A DNA stretch of 64,000 bases from Bacteroidota bacterium (GTDB lineage: Bacteria; Bacteroidota; Bacteroidia; Bacteroidales; VadinHA17): contig JAZDMU010000048.1 in assembly GCA_043800695.1 (NCBI GenBank), positions 4,003-68,002 on the forward strand, read 5' to 3'. A program made the position numbers and the translations under genes. The notes beneath the pieces were generated by a model. That model saw only the letters and a list, made by a program, of their open reading frames with translations. It was not told the DNA's origin and searched no databases. This document shows, one piece after another, positions 26,807 to 36,471 of the stretch. How positions within the stretch are numbered: the first letter of the stretch is position 1; the number at the start of each line of letters is the position of its first letter.

Positions 26807-27706
26807 ATGAAAAACCTTCTGATAGTACTTGCCGGACCGACATGCGTCGGGAAGACCGATGTTTCCATATCCATTGCCGGCCATTTCGGATGCGAAATCA
26901 TATCGGCCGATTCGCGCCAGTTCTACAGGGAGATGAAGACCGGTACTGCAGTACCGTCAGAGGGTCAGCTTACAGAGATAAAACATCATTTTATCAGGTT
27001 CATAAGTGTTAATCAGTATTACAGCGCAAGCCTCTTCGAACGCGATGTTCTGAAAATTCTGCCGGGACTGTTCAGAAAAAATAATCTCGCGCTTATGACA
27101 GGCGGTTCGGGATTATATTTAAATGCTGTATGCTCGGGCATTGACGACATACCTGATGTTGATCAGGTAATAAGGGACAAATATCTTGCAAAGTATAAGG
27201 AAGAAGGAATTGCCGGACTGAGAATTGCCCTGAAGATGCTTGATCCGAAACAATATGACAGGGTTGATCTCAAAAACCCGAAAAGGATCATCAGGGCTCT
27301 TGAGATTTGCGAAACCACGGGACGCCCCTATTCGTCTTTCCTCACGAAGCAAAAGCAGGAAAGAGATTTCAGGATATTGAAGATTGGGCTTGAGAGGCCG
27401 AGGGAAGAGCTCTATGAAAGGATTAACACAAGGGTTGACACCATGATCGAAAACGGTCTTGAAAATGAAGCACGTGATCTTTTCGGATCAAGGAACCTGA
27501 ATGCTCTGAACAGTGTCGGCTATCGCGAGTTCTTTGATTATTTCGAAGGGAAGATAACAAGGGATAAAGCTGTTGAGCTTATCAGGCGCAACACACGGCG
27601 CTACGCCAAACGACAGATGACGTGGTGGGCACGGGACAGGGAGATCATGTGGTTCGGGGCGGAGGATATCGCGGGAATCATCAGTTATATTGAAATGAAG
27701 CTGTAA
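26807..27706 (+). CDS. miaA: tRNA dimethylallyltransferase
   Basis: 299 aa. P-loop GPTCVGKT, IISADSRQFYREM, GGSGLY and RRYAKRQMTWW. Confidence 0.93.
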   Translation: MKNLLIVLAGPTCVGKTDVSISIAGHFGCEIISADSRQFYREMKTGTAVPSEGQLTEIKHHFIRFISVNQYYSASLFERDVLKILPGLFRKNNLALMTGGSGLYLNAVCSGIDDIPDVDQVIRDKYLAKYKEEGIAGLRIALKMLDPKQYDRVDLKNPKRIIRALEICETTGRPYSSFLTKQKQERDFRILKIGLERPREELYERINTRVDTMIENGLENEARDLFGSRNLNALNSVGYREFFDYFEGKITRDKAVELIRRNTRRYAKRQMTWWARDREIMWFGAEDIAGIISYIEMKL

Positions 27707-28360
27707 TTATTTAAGATGTTTAAGTCTTCTTATCGTTTCGACCGGATCTTTTGAGCTGAAAACAGTGTTTCCGGCAACAAGCACATCGACGCCTGTTTCA
27801 ATCAGCCTGGCGGCGTTATTAAGGTCAACGCCGCCATCGACTTCAATAAGAACCTTATATCCGCCTTCATCGATCATCTTCCTCAGTTCAGCTATCTTGC
27901 TGTAACTCTCCATGATGAATGACTGTCCCCCAAAGCCCGGGTTGACGGTCATGATAAGCACCATATCCAGATAAGGAAGTATATTCTTCAGAAGCATTAC
28001 AGGTGTATGAGGATTGATTGCCACTCCGGCTTTCATGCTCAGTTTACGGATCTCGGTAATGGTCCTCTGCAGATGGACACATGCTTCGTACTGGACAGTA
28101 AGCACTGATGCTCCCGCATCCTGAAAACGGGTAAGATACCTGTCGGGGTCCACGATCATAAGGTGCACGTCGAGAGGTTTTTCTGCAGCTTTCCTTACTC
28201 GCTCCACCACCGGGAAGCCGAAAGAAATATTGGGTACAAAGACACCGTCCATGATATCGAGATGGATCCAGTCGGCTTCACTGCTATTCAGCATCCTGAC
28301 TTCCTTTTCCAGATTTCCAAGATCGGCAGTAAGTATGGAAGGAGAAACAAGGTGCTTCAT
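27707..28360 (-). CDS. rpe: Ribulose-phosphate 3-epimerase
   Basis: 217 aa. PSILTADLGNL, HLDIMDGVFVPNISFG, MTVNPGFGGQ and VDGGV. Confidence 0.93.
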   Translation of the reverse strand: MKHLVSPSILTADLGNLEKEVRMLNSSEADWIHLDIMDGVFVPNISFGFPVVERVRKAAEKPLDVHLMIVDPDRYLTRFQDAGASVLTVQYEACVHLQRTITEIRKLSMKAGVAINPHTPVMLLKNILPYLDMVLIMTVNPGFGGQSFIMESYSKIAELRKMIDEGGYKVLIEVDGGVDLNNAARLIETGVDVLVAGNTVFSSKDPVETIRRLKHLK

Positions 28361-28370
28361 TTTTTAAAAG

Positions 28371-29234
28371 TTAACCCAGGTATGTTTTAAGTATTCTGCA
28401 GCGTGTGGTGAACTGTATCCTTTTAATTGCCTTTTCCTTTATCTGGCGCACTCTCTCCCGGGTGAGGTTCAGCTCCTCTCCTATCTCTTCGAGAGTGAAC
28501 GGATGCTTCATTCCGAGGCCGAAATAAAGCTTCAGGACTTTCGATTCGCGCGATGAGAGGGTGCTGAGAGCCCTCTCTATCTCAAAGGCAAGCGACTCGT
28601 TTATCAGGTTCCTGTCAGGACTCGGTGCATCATCGCTCTGAAGTACGTCGTACATCGTATTATCCTCCTCAGAGCTCAGCGGAGCATCCATGCTCACTGT
28701 CCGGCCGTTGGTTTTCAGCGATTCCTTAACATCTTCCGGGATCATCTCAAGCATGTCGGCTATCTCCGCCGATGAGGGTTCGCGCTCATATTCCTGTTCG
28801 AGCCGCGCGAAAGCCCTGTTTATCCTGTTTATCGATCCGATCTTGTTTACCGGAAGCCTCACTATCCTGGCCTGCTCTGCCAGGGACTGAAGTATAGCCT
28901 GACGGATCCACCATACGGCATACGATATGAATTTGAATCCCCTCGTCTCGTCAAACCGCTGTGCTGCTTTCATCAGCCCGAGGTTCCCCTCGTTGATGAG
29001 GTCAGGAAGGCTCATTCCCTGGTTCTGGTATTGCTTGGCCACAGAAACGACAAAGCGGAGATTTGCCTTTACAAGCTTTTTCAGTGCATCACAATCGCCG
29101 GATTTTATTTTCCGCGCAAGAATAACCTCATCTTCGGGTGATATAAGGTCAACCTTTCCTATCTCCTGAAGGTATTTGTCAAGAGAAGGGGTATCGCGGT
29201 TGGTAACCTGCTTGGTAATCTTTAATTGCCGCAT
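28371..29234 (-). CDS. rpoD: Primary RNA polymerase sigma factor (sigma-A, Bacteroidota short form)
   Basis: 287 aa. Regions 2-4 are recognisable: [51 protein letters not shown]. Confidence 0.92.
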   Translation of the reverse strand: MRQLKITKQVTNRDTPSLDKYLQEIGKVDLISPEDEVILARKIKSGDCDALKKLVKANLRFVVSVAKQYQNQGMSLPDLINEGNLGLMKAAQRFDETRGFKFISYAVWWIRQAILQSLAEQARIVRLPVNKIGSINRINRAFARLEQEYEREPSSAEIADMLEMIPEDVKESLKTNGRTVSMDAPLSSEEDNTMYDVLQSDDAPSPDRNLINESLAFEIERALSTLSSRESKVLKLYFGLGMKHPFTLEEIGEELNLTRERVRQIKEKAIKRIQFTTRCRILKTYLG

Positions 29235-29579
29235 TTACAGGCTAAGGTTAGGTAATCCATTGCATCCCCGGCAAGAAGTACAATTTTAATAAAAAAAACA
29301 TCTGTTTTGACCTGTTGATAAACTTTTTTTTGATAAATCACAGTTTATTTCGTATATTGCACAATTGTTTTTCATCCTGAAAATCAAATTATTAATTGAT
29401 TTGATTTAAAAACCGTTGCATTTTTATAACATTTGACAGGAAATAATTGATCATTTTTATTTAATATTGACCCGGTTTTTGGATTCGTGATACATATCCA
29501 CCGGGCCTATCACCAAATCATAATCCGGATTTCCATTAAAATCATTAAGACCTTTTAAGTTCCAATTATCATTTATAGT

Positions 29580-31412
29580 ATGTATGACATTCTTGAATTA
29601 AGTAAGATGCTTCTGCCCGAGCTAAGGGAGATAGCTAAAGAACTTTACATTAAAAAGGCTGAGACTCTGAAGAAGCAGGATCTTATTTACAAAATCCTTG
29701 ACCAGCAGGCAATTGATGCCACTGAGAAAAAGAGCCTGCCGCTCCAGGAGGATAACGGATTAAGCAGGCCTTCGGAGAAAACGAACCAGGATCGTGATCC
29801 CGGCCAGAGAAGAGGCAAAAGACCAAGGACACACAAACCTCTCTTCAGCCGTCCGCCTGAATCTGTAATATCTGTTTCACCAGATGACCTGAAACGTCCG
29901 GTTGACTCGCAGGATGACCAGAAAGAAAGTTCACAGGCAACAGAGAAGAAGGAAGAAAAACCTGACCTTTTCATGATAAACGAACAACCGTCAGAGGAGA
30001 GCAGTGTTCTTTCCCGGATGGCGGACAATAAAAACGAAAATATGTTGGAAAAAACGGAAGAAACTGAACCAGAAAAAATAGAGCAGCCTGAGGAAAAGAT
30101 CCCTGAACCTGTGAACATAATTGAGGTCGCACCCGAAAGTGCTCCTGCAGTCAATAATGATCTTCCCCCTGAATATTTCAGCCCCGAAGTTGAAGCTCCG
30201 CCGGAAGAACTGCTGCCGGCACCACCAGTACCTGAGATTATCGCACCACATATCCCTGAGCGGGAGGAAAAGAAGGAAAAACCATATGATTTTGAAGGTA
30301 TAATCTATAACACAGGTGTTCTTGAAATAATGCCTGACGGATACGGCTTCCTCAGATCGGCCGACTATAATTACCTGAATTCACCCGACGACATCTATGT
30401 CTCACAGTCGCAGATCAAGCTATTCGGGCTGAAAACGGGTGATACCATCAAGGGCACTATCCGTCCTCCCAAAGAGGGTGAAAAATACTTCCCTCTTATC
30501 AAGGTGGACGAGATCAACGGAAGAAGTCCCGATTTTATTAGGGACAGGGTTCCGTTCGACTTCCTCACTCCTCTTTTCCCGAATGAAAAATTCACACTCT
30601 GCACTCCAGGCGAAGGAACATTGTCAGTAAGGGTTATTGACATGTTCACCCCGATAGGCAAAGGACAGAGAGGCCTTATCGTGGCACAGCCAAAGACAGG
30701 TAAGACAATCCTTCTCCAGGAGATCGCCAACGCCATCGCCAGGTACCATCCGGAAGTTTACCTCATGATACTTCTTATTGATGAAAGACCTGAGGAGGTA
30801 ACCGATATGGCCAGGAATGTGAAGGCTGAAGTTATTGCCTCAACGTTTGACGAACCTGCCGAACGCCACTGCCGTGTGGCCAACATAGTGCTTGAAAAGG
30901 CCAAGAGACTTGTTGAATGCGGGCACGATGTGGTGATACTTCTTGACTCTATCACCAGGCTTGCAAGAGCATTTAATACCACTGCCCCGGCTTCAGGCAA
31001 GGTGCTTTCGGGCGGAGTTGACTCCAATGCGCTCCATAAACCGAAGAGATTTTTCGGCGCAGCACGTAACATTGAGGATGGAGGCTCACTGACGATCCTT
31101 GCCACGGCACTCACCGAAACTGGCTCAAAGATGGATGACGTGATCTTTGAGGAATTCAAGGGAACCGGCAATATGGAACTGCAGCTTGACCGCAAGTTGT
31201 CGAACAGAAGGATCTTTCCGTCAATTGACATTCCTGCCTCAAGCACACGCCGCGAAGATCTTCTTCTGAATAAGAGCATTATGCAGAAGATATGGGTACT
31301 CCGCAATTACCTGGCCGACATGAATGCAGTTGAAGCGATGGAATTCCTGCGCGACAGGCTCCTGCAGTCCAAGTCGAATGAAGAGTTCCTGATTTCAATG
31401 AACGGAAGCTAA
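29580..31412 (+). CDS. rho: Transcription termination factor Rho with a roughly 190-aa disordered insertion after the N-terminal helix bundle
   Basis: 610 aa. Rho_N ([22 protein letters not shown]), an acidic and proline-rich low-complexity segment at aa 46-236, a CSD-like RNA-binding domain ([15 protein letters not shown]), Walker [16 protein letters not shown], and the RecA-like core. Confidence 0.93.
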   Translation: MYDILELSKMLLPELREIAKELYIKKAETLKKQDLIYKILDQQAIDATEKKSLPLQEDNGLSRPSEKTNQDRDPGQRRGKRPRTHKPLFSRPPESVISVSPDDLKRPVDSQDDQKESSQATEKKEEKPDLFMINEQPSEESSVLSRMADNKNENMLEKTEETEPEKIEQPEEKIPEPVNIIEVAPESAPAVNNDLPPEYFSPEVEAPPEELLPAPPVPEIIAPHIPEREEKKEKPYDFEGIIYNTGVLEIMPDGYGFLRSADYNYLNSPDDIYVSQSQIKLFGLKTGDTIKGTIRPPKEGEKYFPLIKVDEINGRSPDFIRDRVPFDFLTPLFPNEKFTLCTPGEGTLSVRVIDMFTPIGKGQRGLIVAQPKTGKTILLQEIANAIARYHPEVYLMILLIDERPEEVTDMARNVKAEVIASTFDEPAERHCRVANIVLEKAKRLVECGHDVVILLDSITRLARAFNTTAPASGKVLSGGVDSNALHKPKRFFGAARNIEDGGSLTILATALTETGSKMDDVIFEEFKGTGNMELQLDRKLSNRRIFPSIDIPASSTRREDLLLNKSIMQKIWVLRNYLADMNAVEAMEFLRDRLLQSKSNEEFLISMNGS

Positions 31413-31429
31413 CAGATATCTGTTTTTAA

Positions 31430-31437
31430 TAAATTTG
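31430..31437 (+). promoter_or_regulatory. Possible -7 promoter box (TAAATTTG) for nifJ
   Basis: Matches TAnnTTTG, 47 nt upstream of the ATG. No clear TTTG -33 partner was seen. Confidence 0.3.
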
Positions 31438-31484
31438 CAATCTGTTAATTAATTAACAATAAACCATAAAATATACTTAACAAA

Positions 31485-34400
31485 ATGGCAACAAAAAAAT
31501 TTATAACATGCGACGGTAACCAGGCCGCGTCGCACATTGCATATATGTTCAGCGAGGTTGCTGCCATATATCCGATCACACCGTCGTCAACCATGGCCGA
31601 ACTGGTTGATGAATGGTCAGCAAACGGGCTTAAGAATATTTTCGGCGAGCAGGTGAAGGTTGTTGAGATGCAGTCGGAAGGCGGAGCGTCAGGAGCTCTT
31701 CACGGGGCACTGCAGTCAGGTGCACTCTGCAGCACGTTTACTGCATCGCAGGGACTCCTGCTGATGATACCGAACATGTATAAAATTGCCGCCGAGCTTC
31801 TTCCGGGAGTATTCCATGTTAGCGCCCGTTCCATTGCAGCACACGCCCTCTCGATCTTCGGCGACCATAGCGACATCTATGCAACCCGCCAGACAGGGTT
31901 CGCGCTGCTTGCCAGTGGAAGCGTTCAGGAGATAATGGACCTTGCCGGAGTGGCACACCTGTCAGCCATCAAATCAAGAATACCTTTCCTTCATTTCTTC
32001 GACGGATTCCGCTCATCGGCTGAAGTTCAGAAAATAGAGGTAATTGAAATGGAAGACATGACGAAATTGCTCGACTGGGACGCGGTGAAGAGATTCCGCG
32101 ACAATGCCCTTAATCCTGAGCATCCCGTAACAAGGGGTACTGCCCAGAACCCGGATATCTTCTTCCAGGCCAAGGAGGCCGTAAACAAATTCTACGAGCC
32201 GGTTCCCGATATAGTGAACTCATACATGGCTGAAATATCAAAGCTTACCGGAAGGGAATACAAGCCGTTCACATATTACGGCGCCCCTGATGCTGAAAAT
32301 ATAATTGTTGCCATGGGTTCAATAACCGATACCACAAAGGAAGTTATTGATTACCTGAGGGCTAAAGGCGAAAAAGTCGGACTCATTTCAGTTCACCTCT
32401 ACCGCCCCTTCTCCTTAAAATATTTCTTTAATGTCTACCCGAAATCAGTTAAAAGGATAACCGTCCTCGATAGGACCAAAGAACCGGGAGCCCCCGGAGA
32501 ACCTCTCTATCTCGATATTAAGGATATGTTCTATGACAGAGCTGAAAGACCCCTTATAGTAGGCGGCCGCTACGGACTGAGCTCAAAGGATACAACCCCG
32601 GCTCACATGCTTTCAGTATTTGATAACATGAAGATGAAAGACCCGAAAAACCAGTTCTCTGTTGGTATCGTAGACGATGTTACTTTCCAATCACTCCCTA
32701 TACTTCCTGAAATACATGTTGCACTCCCGGGCACCTATTCTGCAAAATTCTACGGCCTCGGCTCAGACGGTACCGTTGGAGCAAACAAGAACTCGATAAA
32801 GATCATAGGCGATACCACAGATAAATACTGCCAGGCTTACTTCGCATACGATTCAAAGAAATCAGGAGGGATTACAACTTCAAATCTCAGGTTTGGTGAC
32901 AAACCTATCCGCTCACCCTACCTGGTGAACACGCCTGACTTTGTTGCATGCCATGTGCCCTCATATCTCGACAAATATGATATGCTCAAAGGGTTGAAAA
33001 AAGGCGGGACATTCCTTCTTAACTCAATATGGGATGTTGAGGAGACAAAGAACCGGCTTCCGGACAGCATGAAGAAGTATATGGCTGAGAACGATATCAA
33101 ATTCTACATCATCAATGCAACAGCCATTGCAGAGGAGATAGGACTTGGCAACAGAACCAATACAATAATGCAGGCTGCATTTTTCAGAGTGGCAAACGTC
33201 ATCCCGTACGAGAAGGCTGAATCTGAAATGAAGAAAGCAATTGCCAAGACGTACGGCAAAAAAGGCGAGAATGTCGTCAAGATGAACTATGCAGCAATTG
33301 ACAAAGGCACAGAAGTTATAAAGGTTGATATTCCAGCCGGATGGGCAGACCTGAAGGTTGAAAAGAAAACTGATACCCGCGATATTCCGGAGTTCATCCG
33401 TGAAGTGATGGAGCCTATCAATCACCTCAAGGGAGACGACCTGCCTGTAAGTGCATTCGTCAACCGGGAGGATGGCACATTCCCGGCCGGTACAACAGCA
33501 TATGAAAAGAGGGGAATTGCCGTGAATGTTCCCGAATGGCAGCCGGGTGAGTGCATCCAGTGCAACCAGTGTGCATATGTATGCCCTCATGCTGCAATAC
33601 GTCCTTTCCTTCTTACCGAAGAAGAGACTAAAAATGCACCCGAAGGAACAAAGACAATACAGGGCATACCCGGAGTTCTGAAACAGTACAGGTTCAAAAT
33701 ACAGTTAAGCGTATACGACTGTACAGGTTGCGGCAACTGCGCTGATGTTTGTCCATCGAAGAACAAAGCCCTGATAATGAAGCCTTTTGAAACACAATTG
33801 GCCGAAGCTGAGCGGTGGGTCTACATGAATGATAAAGTAGGTTATAAGGATACCGTTGTTGACAGGTTTGTGAATGTCAAGAACAGCCAGTTTGCCCAGC
33901 CCCTGTTTGAATTCTCGGGTGCCTGTGCAGGATGCGGCGAAACTCCTTATATAAAAGCGATAACTCAGCTCTTCGGAGAGAGGATGACAGTGTCAAACGC
34001 TACGGGGTGTTCATCAATATTCGGTGGGTCTGCACCTTCAACACCCTATACGTTCAATAAGAAGAGCGGACATGGAGTTGCCTGGGCAAACTCGCTGTTT
34101 GAAGACAATGCGGAATACGGATTCGGAATGGCTATCGGATCAAACAAAATGAGGGAAAGAATAGCTTTGAGGATGAAAGAATCTGCGGCTTCCGTAAATC
34201 CCGAAACAAAGGCAGCTTTTGATGAATGGCTTGCAGGCATGGACAAAGCTGAAGCCTCAAAGACAGCTTCTGCAAAAGTTATTTCAGCATGCGAAAAGGA
34301 AAAATCGCCGGTTGCCGGAGAGATACTGGAACTGAAGCAATATCTTATTAAGAAATCACACTGGATCTTCGGTGGAGACGGATGGGCCTACGACATTGGC

Positions 34401-35036
34401 TTTGGCGGTCTCGACCACGTTCTGGCTTCAGGAGAAGATATCAATGTGCTCGTTCTTGATACGGAAGTTTACTCAAACACGGGAGGACAGGCATCAAAAT
34501 CGACACCTGCCGGAGCCGTGGCAAAATTTGCAGCATCTGGTAAAAAGATTCGTAAGAAGGATCTCGGGCAGATGGCAATGACCTACGGATATGTTTATGT
34601 AGCACAGGTAGCAATGGGTGCAAGCAACGCGCAGTATCTCAAGGCTGTGAAGGAAGCTGAAGCTTATCCTGGCCCGTCGCTCATTATAGCTTACTCTCCT
34701 TGTATCAACCACGGACTGCGTGAAGGAATGGGCAAGACACAGGAGCAGGAGAAACTGGCGGTAGGATCGGGTTACTGGCATTTGTACAGGTTCAATCCGC
34801 TTGTTGAGGCTGAAGGGAAGAATCCGTTCACTCTCGACTCCAAGGAGCCCGACTGGAACAAGTTCCAGGCATTCCTCAACTCCGAAGTGAGGTATACCTC
34901 GCTTATAAAATCGTTCCCTGGCGAAGCTGAAGTGCTCTTCAAGGCTGCCGAGGAAAACTCAAAGTGGAGGTATAACTCCTACAAACGCCTTGCGGCTATG
35001 GAATACGCTCCCAAAACAGAGCAGACAGCAATCTGA
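31485..35036 (+). CDS. nifJ: Pyruvate:ferredoxin (flavodoxin) oxidoreductase
   Basis: 1183 aa single-chain PFOR. Two ferredoxin-type clusters (CIQCNQCAYVCPHAAIRP; CTGCGNCADVCPS) and the TPP domain GGDGWAYDIGFGGLDH. Confidence 0.95.
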   Translation: MATKKFITCDGNQAASHIAYMFSEVAAIYPITPSSTMAELVDEWSANGLKNIFGEQVKVVEMQSEGGASGALHGALQSGALCSTFTASQGLLLMIPNMYKIAAELLPGVFHVSARSIAAHALSIFGDHSDIYATRQTGFALLASGSVQEIMDLAGVAHLSAIKSRIPFLHFFDGFRSSAEVQKIEVIEMEDMTKLLDWDAVKRFRDNALNPEHPVTRGTAQNPDIFFQAKEAVNKFYEPVPDIVNSYMAEISKLTGREYKPFTYYGAPDAENIIVAMGSITDTTKEVIDYLRAKGEKVGLISVHLYRPFSLKYFFNVYPKSVKRITVLDRTKEPGAPGEPLYLDIKDMFYDRAERPLIVGGRYGLSSKDTTPAHMLSVFDNMKMKDPKNQFSVGIVDDVTFQSLPILPEIHVALPGTYSAKFYGLGSDGTVGANKNSIKIIGDTTDKYCQAYFAYDSKKSGGITTSNLRFGDKPIRSPYLVNTPDFVACHVPSYLDKYDMLKGLKKGGTFLLNSIWDVEETKNRLPDSMKKYMAENDIKFYIINATAIAEEIGLGNRTNTIMQAAFFRVANVIPYEKAESEMKKAIAKTYGKKGENVVKMNYAAIDKGTEVIKVDIPAGWADLKVEKKTDTRDIPEFIREVMEPINHLKGDDLPVSAFVNREDGTFPAGTTAYEKRGIAVNVPEWQPGECIQCNQCAYVCPHAAIRPFLLTEEETKNAPEGTKTIQGIPGVLKQYRFKIQLSVYDCTGCGNCADVCPSKNKALIMKPFETQLAEAERWVYMNDKVGYKDTVVDRFVNVKNSQFAQPLFEFSGACAGCGETPYIKAITQLFGERMTVSNATGCSSIFGGSAPSTPYTFNKKSGHGVAWANSLFEDNAEYGFGMAIGSNKMRERIALRMKESAASVNPETKAAFDEWLAGMDKAEASKTASAKVISACEKEKSPVAGEILELKQYLIKKSHWIFGGDGWAYDIGFGGLDHVLASGEDINVLVLDTEVYSNTGGQASKSTPAGAVAKFAASGKKIRKKDLGQMAMTYGYVYVAQVAMGASNAQYLKAVKEAEAYPGPSLIIAYSPCINHGLREGMGKTQEQEKLAVGSGYWHLYRFNPLVEAEGKNPFTLDSKEPDWNKFQAFLNSEVRYTSLIKSFPGEAEVLFKAAEENSKWRYNSYKRLAAMEYAPKTEQTAI

Positions 35037-35060
35037 AGACCATAATCTGATAGATATGGA

Positions 35061-35087
35061 AGCCATCCGCAAGGGTGGCTTTTTTTG
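35061..35087 (+). terminator. Intrinsic terminator after nifJ
   Basis: AGCCATCC-GCAA-GGGTGGCT stem-loop followed by T7. Confidence 0.8.
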
Positions 35088-35120
35088 TCTTGCAGTCTTG
35101 AAGTTGTTCAACATGGAAAA

Positions 35121-35184
35121 TGCCGTTGTACCGTTGAGCCCTTAAGCCCCCGAGGCTACGCCCGGGGTAAGCCGTTGCGCCTTT
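35121..35184. repeat. Inverted-orientation copy of the CAACGGC word family seen at 9316
   Basis: GCCGTTGTACCGTTGAGCC ... GCCGTTGCGCC. The reverse complement GGCTCAACGGTACAACGGCA closely matches GGCTCAACGGCACAAAGGCA at 9316. Confidence 0.7.
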
Positions 35185-35209
35185 CCAATATTATTAGTAT
35201 TTTTACCCC

Positions 35210-35764
35210 GTGAATAAAATATGCAGGATAATCGGCATAGATTACGGCACTAAACGAGTCGGACTGGCAGTTACAGATCCCCTGAGGATAATTGCCTCGC
35301 CGCTTGAGACAGTAACCGTAAATGACTTTGATGCCTGGATTGAAAATTACATGAAGAGTGAGCAGGTTGATGAATTTGTTATAGGTTACCCGGTTCAGAT
35401 GAACAATAAACCCAGTGAATCTGTTAAGGTTATTGACCCGTTCATCAGGAAGCTGAGGAAGAGATTTCCAGATAAGCCTGTTCACCTCGCTGATGAGAGG
35501 TTTACCTCAAAAATTGCTTCCAGGGCAATGATTGAGGGAGGATTGAAAAAGATGAAAAGAAGAGATAGATCGATAGTGGACAAGGTAAGCGCCGCATTAA
35601 TATTGCAGTCGTTTATTGATATGAGTAAAAGGGCAAAAAAACCCCCTACCCTGCCCTCCCCCCCGGGGGGAGGGTCTGAGCATTTCCCCCTTGGGGGAAA
35701 CGGGAAAGGGGGTAAATTAAATGGAATAAAAAATGACATACCCGATAGTTGTATACGGTCATGA
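35210..35764 (+). CDS. ruvX: Holliday-junction resolvase-like RuvX/YqgF, with a reading frame about 40 aa longer than usual because it runs through a G/C-rich repeat
   Basis: IIGIDYGTKRVGLAVTD, DERFTS and AALILQSFID are the usual YqgF motifs, and the family normally ends shortly after the last. Here the frame continues (..KRAKKPPTLPSPPGGGSEHFPLGGNGKGG..) to 35764, overlapping def by 32 nt. Confidence 0.85.
   Translation: MNKICRIIGIDYGTKRVGLAVTDPLRIIASPLETVTVNDFDAWIENYMKSEQVDEFVIGYPVQMNNKPSESVKVIDPFIRKLRKRFPDKPVHLADERFTSKIASRAMIEGGLKKMKRRDRSIVDKVSAALILQSFIDMSKRAKKPPTLPSPPGGGSEHFPLGGNGKGGKLNGIKNDIPDSCIRS
35641..35713. repeat. G/C-rich nested hairpin element: outer stem plus two inner hairpins
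   Basis: Outer stem ACCCCCTACCC / GGGAAAGGGGGT. Inner CCCTCCCCCC|GGGGGGAGGG (35655..35674, perfect 20-nt palindrome) and TTTCCCCC-TT-GGGGGAAA (35683..35700). Confidence 0.8.
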
Positions 35765-36305
35765 GGTTTTAAGAAAGATTGCCGCGGAAATAGACAAGAA
35801 TTACCCTGATCTTCAGCAACTTATTGCCGATCTTTTCGAAACAATGTATAAATCTGAAGGAATGGGATTAGCCGCCCCGCAGATCGGGAAGTCAATAAGG
35901 ATATTTATCATTGACGGAACTCCAATAGCTGAAGACGAACCTTCGCTATCCGGTTTCAGGAAGGTATTCATCAACCCGCATATCGTTGAAAAGAGCGGCG
36001 AGATGAAACTGATGAACGAAGGGTGCCTGAGCATCCCGAACATCAGGGAAGAGGTCAACCGCGAAGGCAATATAAGGATACAGTACTATGACGAAAACTT
36101 GGAGTATCATGATGAGATTTTTGACGGCTACAAGGCAAGAATTATTCAGCATGAGTACGACCATCTCGACGGTGTCCTTTTCACCGACAAGGTAAGCCCG
36201 TTAAAAAGAAGACTGCTCAGAAGCAAGCTTCTGGCCATCACAAAGGGTAAATTCGAGGCTGATTACAGGACTATACTTCCGGGGCAGAAGATAAAGAGTG
36301 CTTAG
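35733..36305 (+). CDS. def: Peptide deformylase
   Basis: 190 aa. GMGLAAPQIG, EGCLSIP and QHEYDHLDG motifs. Confidence 0.93.
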   Translation: MTYPIVVYGHEVLRKIAAEIDKNYPDLQQLIADLFETMYKSEGMGLAAPQIGKSIRIFIIDGTPIAEDEPSLSGFRKVFINPHIVEKSGEMKLMNEGCLSIPNIREEVNREGNIRIQYYDENLEYHDEIFDGYKARIIQHEYDHLDGVLFTDKVSPLKRRLLRSKLLAITKGKFEADYRTILPGQKIKSA

Positions 36306-36435
36306 AGTGCCTAAAGTACTTAGAGTACTTAGAGTTAGAGAGTATTCTTTTAACTTTAAGTACTCCAAACTTTAGTCACTCTAAGTACTTCTCCTTAACT
36401 TTAAGTACTCCAAACTTTAGGCACTCTAAGTACTT
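36301..36435. repeat. Composite repeat: two 41-nt direct copies (36350..36390, 36395..36435; 1 mismatch) plus an inverted arm at 36301..36345
   Basis: CTTAGAGTGCCTAAAGT (36301..36317) is the exact reverse complement of 36414..36430. Internal 7-9-nt periodic words (CTTAGAGTA). Starts at the def stop codon. Confidence 0.85.
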
Positions 36436-36471
36436 TTTTGTAACTTTATCCAGTCTCAAAAGCTGCAGGCT

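Noticed and set aside
29687-31306. Long antisense ORFs inside rho (155 and 182 aa). Comparable ones lie inside nifJ (33024..33590), trkA (39186..39812), gapA and GH9.
   Set aside because: The opposite strand carries strongly recognisable conserved proteins. The antisense products are low-complexity or Ser/Leu/Arg-rich with no motifs.
36350-36435. Two near-identical 41-nt direct repeats; considered as a minimal CRISPR array.
   Set aside because: There are only two copies, separated by 4 nt, so there is no spacer-sized unique sequence. No cas genes are in the window, and the repeat is part of a larger inverted-repeat structure.
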